From contig NC_086097.1 of NCBI RefSeq assembly GCF_963921235.1, positions 105,154,001 to 105,218,000 on the forward strand: 64,000 nt of DNA, in the 5' to 3' direction. Below are positions 58,026 through 64,000 of this stretch, one piece after another. The notes below the pieces were generated by a model that saw nothing but the letters and a program-made list of their open reading frames with translations, did not search any database and was not told the DNA's origin. Position 1 is the first letter of the stretch, and each line of letters begins with the position of its first letter. The position numbers and the translations under genes are program-made. The DNA is from Mobula hypostoma (taxonomy: Eukaryota).

Positions 58026-60178
58026 AGGAACCAGAGTGAAGGGACTGAGGATAGGTCAGGTGGTAAAAAAGCAAAGACAGCATGCAGTCAGACTGTCAGG
58101 AAAGGGAGGTAGATGATAGGACAAAATTGCAGCCAGTAGGACGAGTATCAGTGCATTAGGGATGCAAAATCAAAAAGGACAGCAAACACAGCACTCAAAG
58201 TGTTATATCTCAATGCATGGAGTATAAGAAATAAGGTGGAAGATCTTGTTGCACTGTCACAGATTGTCAGGTATGATGTTGTGACCATCACTGAATCATG
58301 GCTGAAGGATGGTTGTAGTTGGGAGCTGAATGTCCAAGGTTCAACGTTATATCAAAAGGATAGGAAGGTAGGCAGAGGGGGTGGTATGGCTCTGTTGGAA
58401 AAGAATGGCATCAAATCAGTAGAAAGATGTGACATAGGTTCGGAAGATGTTGAATCCTTGTGGGTTGGCTCTGTGGTTAAGAAGGCATACCGTGAACTGA
58501 TCTTCATCAATCATGGGATTGAGTTTAGGAGTCAAGAGGTAATGCTGCAGCTATATAGGACTTTGGTCAGACCCCACTTGGAGTACTGTGCTCAGTTCTG
58601 GTCGCCTCACTACAGGAAGGATGTGGAAATCATAGAAAAGGTGCAGGAGATTTACAAGGATTTTGCCTAGATTGGGGAACATGCCTTATGAGAACAAACT
58701 CAGCCTTTTCTCCTTGGAGTGATGGAGGATGCGAGGTGGCCTGATAGAGGTGTATAAGATGATGACAGGCATTGATCGTGTGGATAGTCAGAGGCTTTTT
58801 CCCAGGGCTGAAATGGCTAGCACGAGAGGGCACAGTTTTACGGTGCTTGGAAGTAGGTACAGAGGAGATGTCAGGGATAGGTTTTTTTTTACGCAGAGTG
58901 GTGAGTGAGTGGAATGGGCTGCCAGCAACAGTGGTGGAGGTGGATACAATAGGGTCTTTTAAGAGACTCCTGGATAGGTACAAGGAGCTCAGAAAAATAG
59001 AGGGCTATGGGTGACCTTAGATAATTTCCAAGGTAAGGACATGTTTGACACAGCTTTGTGGGCCAAAGGGCCTGTATGGTGCTGTAGGTTTTCTATGCTT
59101 TCTATGAAACTGCAAGGGTAAAAGGACCCTGATGGCAGTTATATACAGGCCTCCCAACTGTAGCTGGGATGTGGACCACAGATTACAAGAGGAAATAGAA
59201 AAGGCGTGTCAAAAGGGCAACATCATAATAGTCATGAGAGGTTTTAACATGCAGGTTGATTGGGAAAATCAGGTTGGAAATGGATCTCAAAAGAGTGAGT
59301 TTGTTGAATGCCTACAAGATGGCTTTTTAAGAGTAGTTTGCCATTGAGCCTAATAGGGGATCAGCTATACTGGATTGGGTGTTATGTGATGAATCAAAGG
59401 CGATTAGGGAGCTTAAGGTAAAAGAAGCCCTTAGAAGCCAGTGATCACAATATAATTGAGTTCAAATTGAAATTTGAGAGGAAGAAAGTAAAGTCTGATA
59501 TAGCAGTATCTCAGTGGAGATTGTAGTGATATGAGAGAGGAGTTGGCCAAAGTAAATGGGAAGGAGATGCCAGCAGGCAGCAGAGCAGCAACGGCGTGAG
59601 TTTCTGGAAAAAATGAGGAAGGTGCAGGACAGTTGCATTCCAAAAATGAAGAAATACTCAAATGGCAAAATAGTACAACGGTGGCTGACAAGGGAAGTCA
59701 AAGCTAATGTAAAAGCAAAAGCGAGGGCATACAACAAAGCAATAATTAGTGGGAAGATAGAGGATTGGGAAGCTTTTAAAAACCTATGGAGAGAGCAACT
59801 AAAAGCTGAAATATGAAAGCAAGCTAGCAAACAAAATCATTTTCAGGTATGTAAAAAAAATAAGAGATGACAGTAGATATAGGACTGCTAGAGAATGAGG
59901 CTGGAAAAATAATAACTGGGGCCAAGGAGATGGCAGATAAACTAAATGAGTGTTTGGCATCAGACTTCACTGAGGAAGACATGAGCAGTGTGCCAGATGT
60001 TGTAGGGTGTGAAGTGCAGTTACTATTACAAAGGGAGAAAATACTCAAAAAGCTGAAAGACTGAGGGGTACACAAGTCATCCAGACCAGACCCTAGGGTT
60101 CTGAAAGAGGTAGCAGTAGAGATTGTGGAGGCATTAGCAATATTTGAAAAATAACTGGAATCTGGCATGGTGCCAGAG
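58026..60178 (+). mobile_element. CR1 LINE (ORF2 endonuclease region) inserted in the Tc1 left TIR
   Basis: YLNA.SIRNK, ITESWL and YRPPN motifs; similar to 6600..8200. Confidence 0.85.
58467..59106 (+). mobile_element. CR1 3' fragment nested in the preceding CR1
   Basis: Abrupt switch to VVKKAY...LVRPHLEYCAQFWSP, ending in a TTCTATG tail; the host sequence resumes at 59107. Confidence 0.88.
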
Positions 60179-61353
60179 ACAAATGCAATCTACCTAAACT
60201 AATAACACACAAACACCTGTACTTCTCTTCAGTACTGAGAACTCCATTCAAACAATCACAGTCTGGCTTCAAAAACAGTATATGAACCTCTGGGGTAATG
60301 CCTTCTACAAAAGCTATCTGGAGTCAGGTGTTCCAATCATGAGATGAGATTGGCAGTATGGGTTGTAGAGGTGCCCTGCCCGATTTAAAAAAAAAGACAC
60401 ACAAAGTCAGTTTACTGACAGAGCCTGCCCTTCTCAAGAAAGATCTGTTTATGTGCATCGTGCCTCAATGAAAACAACTTTCAGAGGAGCTCAGAACAAG
60501 AATTGTCGAGATGCATGAAGCTGGAAAAGGCTACAAAAGCATTTCTAAAGACATCAGTCCACAGTAGGAGAAACTGTCTATAAATGGAGGAAACTCATTA
60601 CTGTTGCTACTCTCCCTAGCAGTGGGCTTCCTGCAAATAACACAACAACAGCACAATGTGCAATGCTGAAGGAGGTGAAAAGGAACCCAAGGGTAACAGC
60701 AAAAGACCTGCAGAAATCTCTAGAACTTGCTGAAGTCTCTGTTTATGTGTCCACTGCAAGAAAAACAAAACACTAAACAAGAATGGTGTTCCTGGAAAGA
60801 CACCACGGAGGAAACCACTGCTCTCCAAAAAAAAACACTGCTGTGTCTCAAGTTTGCAAAAGGCCACCTGGATGTTCCACAGCAGTCTCGACAATGACCT
60901 GCGGACAGATGGGACAAAAGTTCAACTTTCTGGCAGAAATGCACACCACTATGTTTGGAGGAAAAAGTACATGGCAGACCAACAACTCATCTCAACTGTG
61001 AAGCATGGTGGAAGGAGCATCATGGTTTGGGGCTGCTTTGCAGGGCCTGGACAGCTTGCAATCATTGAGGGCACAATGAACTCAAAACTGTATCACGACA
61101 TTTTACAGGAGAATGTCAAGGCAGTGGTTCGTCACCTGAAACTGAATAGAAGTTGGATATTGCAATAAGACAGGGACCTGAAACACAAGAGTAAATCAAC
61201 AACAGATAAGTTAAAAAAGAAGAAAATTCACGGATTGGAACGGCCAAGTCAGAATCCAGACCTTAACCTAATTGAGATATTGTGGCATGACCTGAAGAGA
61301 TCATGTAAGGTATCTCAGAAATACCGATGAACTGAAATATTTTTGTATGGAGG

Positions 61354-62143
61354 AATGGTCTAACAGCAACTTCTTTGCTTGCATCTTCAGAAACAGCTTT
61401 ACTTCCATCTTTAATATCTCTGTTTTTCCCTTTCAGTGTTCTTTTGAAGACCATGACCTGGAGTTACACGCTGACTTTGGTTCTTTGCAGGAATGGGACC
61501 TGGTCTTGGGATCTCACAACTGGTTGTTATTCGATAAAGCAAGGCCGTGCTCTAGATTAGCTCGCCTTTGGAGTTCTGGGATTTCAAGGCCCTGAAGGCG
61601 GGCAGACTCGTGGTTGGTGCCTCTGCAGGGAATCAGTGTGTCAGAGGAGATGGAAGATCGAAAGCAGCAAGCTGACTGCTGGCTGTGTGCCCAGAGACCT
61701 GAGTTCTTTGGGCACAGAGCTTAGAAAAAGCGACGCAACGGACTTTTAACATCGTAAACCAGCGGGTTGTTTGTTATGTCTCCCCTCTCGCTGTGAAACA
61801 GAGACACCTCTTTTTCCCTTATTAGGGAGAGACGGAGAGCCTGTGGTATGTCAAATACTGGGTGAACATGTAGTCTTTGGGGTACTGCAAGTCTGTGTCT
61901 TTGCTGCACACTTGAGTGTTTGGTGAGGAGCACCAATGCCTTTTTTGCTGGTAGGGGAGGGGTGGTCATTGCTTTGCTGCTGCTTACGTGTGGGAGGGGG
62001 GAGCTGGGGTGGGGTTTGGGGTTCTGACATTTAACTGTCATTCATTCTTTGGGGCACTCCTCTGTTTTCGTGGATGGCTGCAAAGAAAGAATTTCAGGAT
62101 GTATATTGTATACATTTCTCTTGACATTAAATGTACCTTTGAA
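61354..62143 (+). mobile_element. Unclassified ~0.8-kb non-coding insertion in the Tc1 transposase
   Basis: Tc1 coding sequence (EEWSK|IP..CA.LI.SY) is split here; the insert ends ATTAAATGTACCTTTGAAA, similar to Rex1-type tails. Confidence 0.6.
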
Positions 62144-62439
62144 ATTCCTACTTGTCATTGTGCAAGTCTGATCAGCAGCTACAGGAAACATTTGGTGGAG
62201 GTTATTGCTGCTAAAGAAGGTTCTACCAGTTATTAAATACAAGGGTTCACATACTTTTTCCAGTCTGGACTGTGAACGATAAAACAATGTGTTTAATAAA
62301 GATATGAAAAGCTGAATTGTTTGTGTGTTACTAGTTTACACAGATTCTGTTGGCATTATTGTGACTTAGATGAAGATTAGTACACATTTTATGAGTAATT
62401 AATACACAAAACCAGGTAATTACAAAGGGCTCACAAACT

Positions 62440-64000
62440 AGAGCAAGGGGTTCACATGGGGTGGTTTGTTAGGTATGTTCAGGAAGGTTTCTTGACACAA
62501 TATGTACATAAGCCTACAAGAGAAGAGACTGTATTTGATTTGGTATTGGGAAATGAACCTGGTCAGGTGTCAAATCTCTCAGTGGGAGAGCATTTTGGAC
62601 ATAATGATCATAATTCTATCTCCTTTACAATAGCATTGGAGAGACAAGTTAGAAAAGTGCTTAATTGGAGTAAGGGGAATTATGAGGCTATCAGGCAGGA
62701 AATTGGAAGCTTAAATTGGGAACAGATGTTCTCAGGGAAACGTACAGAAGAAATGTGGCAAATGTTCAGGGGATATTTGTGTGGAGTTCTGCATAGGTAC
62801 GTTCCAATGAGACAAGGAAGTTATGGTAGGGTACAGGAACCGTGGTGTACAAAAGCTGTAATAAATCTAGTCAAGAAGAAAAGAAAAGCATACAAAAGGT
62901 TCAGAGAGGCAGGTAATGTTAGAGATCTAGAAGATTATAAGGCTAACAGGAAGGAGCTTAAGAAGGAAATTAGGAGAGCCAGAAGGGCCCATAAGAAGAC
63001 CTTGGCGGGGGCAGGATTAAAGAAAACCCCAAGGCATTCTACAAGTATGTGAAGAGCAAGAAGATAAGACGTGAAAGAATAGGACCTATCAAATGTGACA
63101 GTGGAAAAGTGTGTATGGAACCGGAGGAAATAGCAGAGGTACTTAATGAATACTTTACTTCAGTATTCACTATGGAAAAGGATCTTGGTGATTGTAGTCA
63201 TGATTTGCAGCAGACTGAAAAGCTTGAGCATGTAGATATTAAGAAAGAGGATGTGCTGGAGCTTTTGGAAAGCAGCAAGTTGGATAAGTCGTCAGGACCA
63301 GATGAGACATACCCCAGGCTACTGTAGGAGGCGAGGGAGGAGATTGCTGAGCCTCTGGCGATGATCTTTGAATCAACAATGGGGACGGGAGAGGTTCCGG
63401 AGGATTGGAGAGTTGCGGATGTTGATCCTTTATTCAAGAAAGGGAGTAGAGATAGCCCAGGAAATTATAGACCAGTGAGTCTTACTTCAGTGGATGGTAA
63501 GTTGATGGAGAAGATCCTGAGAGGCAGGATTTATGAACATTTGGAGAGGTATAATATGATTAAGAATAGTCAGCATGGCTTTGTCAAGGGCATGTCATGC
63601 CTTATGAGCCTGACTGAATTTTTTGAGAATGTGCCTAAACACATTGATGAAGGTAGAGCAGTAGATGTAGTGTATATGGATTTCACCAAGACATTTGATA
63701 AGGTACCCCATGCAAGGCTTATTGAGAAAGTAAGGAGGCATGGGATCCAAGGGGACATTGCTTTGTGGATCCAGAACTGGCTTGCCCACCGAAGGCAAAG
63801 AGTGGTTGTAGACAGGTCATATCCTGCATGGAGGTCGGTGAACAGTGGTGTGCCTCAGGGATCTGTTCTGGGACCTTTACTCTTTGTGATTTTTACAAAT
63901 GACCTGGATGAGGAAGTGGAGGGATGGGTTAGTAAGTTTGTTGATGACACAAAGGTTGGGGGTGTTGTGGATAGTATGGAGGGCTGTCAGAGGTTACAGC
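62440..64000 (+). mobile_element. CR1 LINE ORF2 (runs off the window), truncating the Tc1 right TIR
   Basis: DLVLGNEPGQV, RPVSLTS and FDKVPH motifs; same subfamily as 21641..23875. Confidence 0.93.

Larger units (their letters stand above)
57958..62439 (+). mobile_element. Tc1-family (IR/DR-type) DNA transposon, disrupted by nested insertions
   Basis: TA|CAGT.GCC start; TIR 57970..58024 matches the reverse complement of 62387..62439; transposase remnant ~60450..61350 (KHGG.SIMVWGCF, PSQ.PDLN.IE..W). Confidence 0.88.

Overview
Vertebrate genomic DNA, most likely a cartilaginous fish such as a ray (inferred from the CR1, V-SINE and Penelope-type repeat content). It is not prokaryotic, and I found no CRISPR, rRNA or true tRNA gene. 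The only host gene is the 3' part of ZNF106 on the minus strand. I reconstructed 17 coding exons (57777 down to 11934; 2650 nt, about 882 aa, phases consistent) encoding a basic NLS-like stretch, a coiled coil, a low-complexity region, a WD40 propeller and two C-terminal C2H2 zinc fingers. A probable 3'UTR runs to an AATAAA at about 10751, and the 5' exons lie beyond the window. Most of the remaining sequence is transposon-derived: about 20 CR1 LINE pieces, a full-length L1 with a 14-bp TSD, a truncated L1, Rex1/Babar-like LINE pieces, tRNA-derived SINEs, a solo LTR, hAT elements and MITEs, an IR/DR Tc1 and Penelope-like pLTR fragments, often nested 2-3 deep. Four observations stand out. (1) A hAT transposon's 8-bp TSD is the ZNF106 splice donor itself, so the donor is duplicated. 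(2) A TSD-flanked Penelope-like fragment carries an intact minimal hammerhead ribozyme motif. (3) A related TSD-flanked 141-bp palindrome sits in the 3'UTR, with its loop at the ribozyme cleavage sequence. (4) Near-identical inverted CR1 copies bracket two phase-0 exons, the geometry that favours circRNA formation. None of these is shown to be a new system; each is a testable inference. Boundaries of old repeats are approximate.
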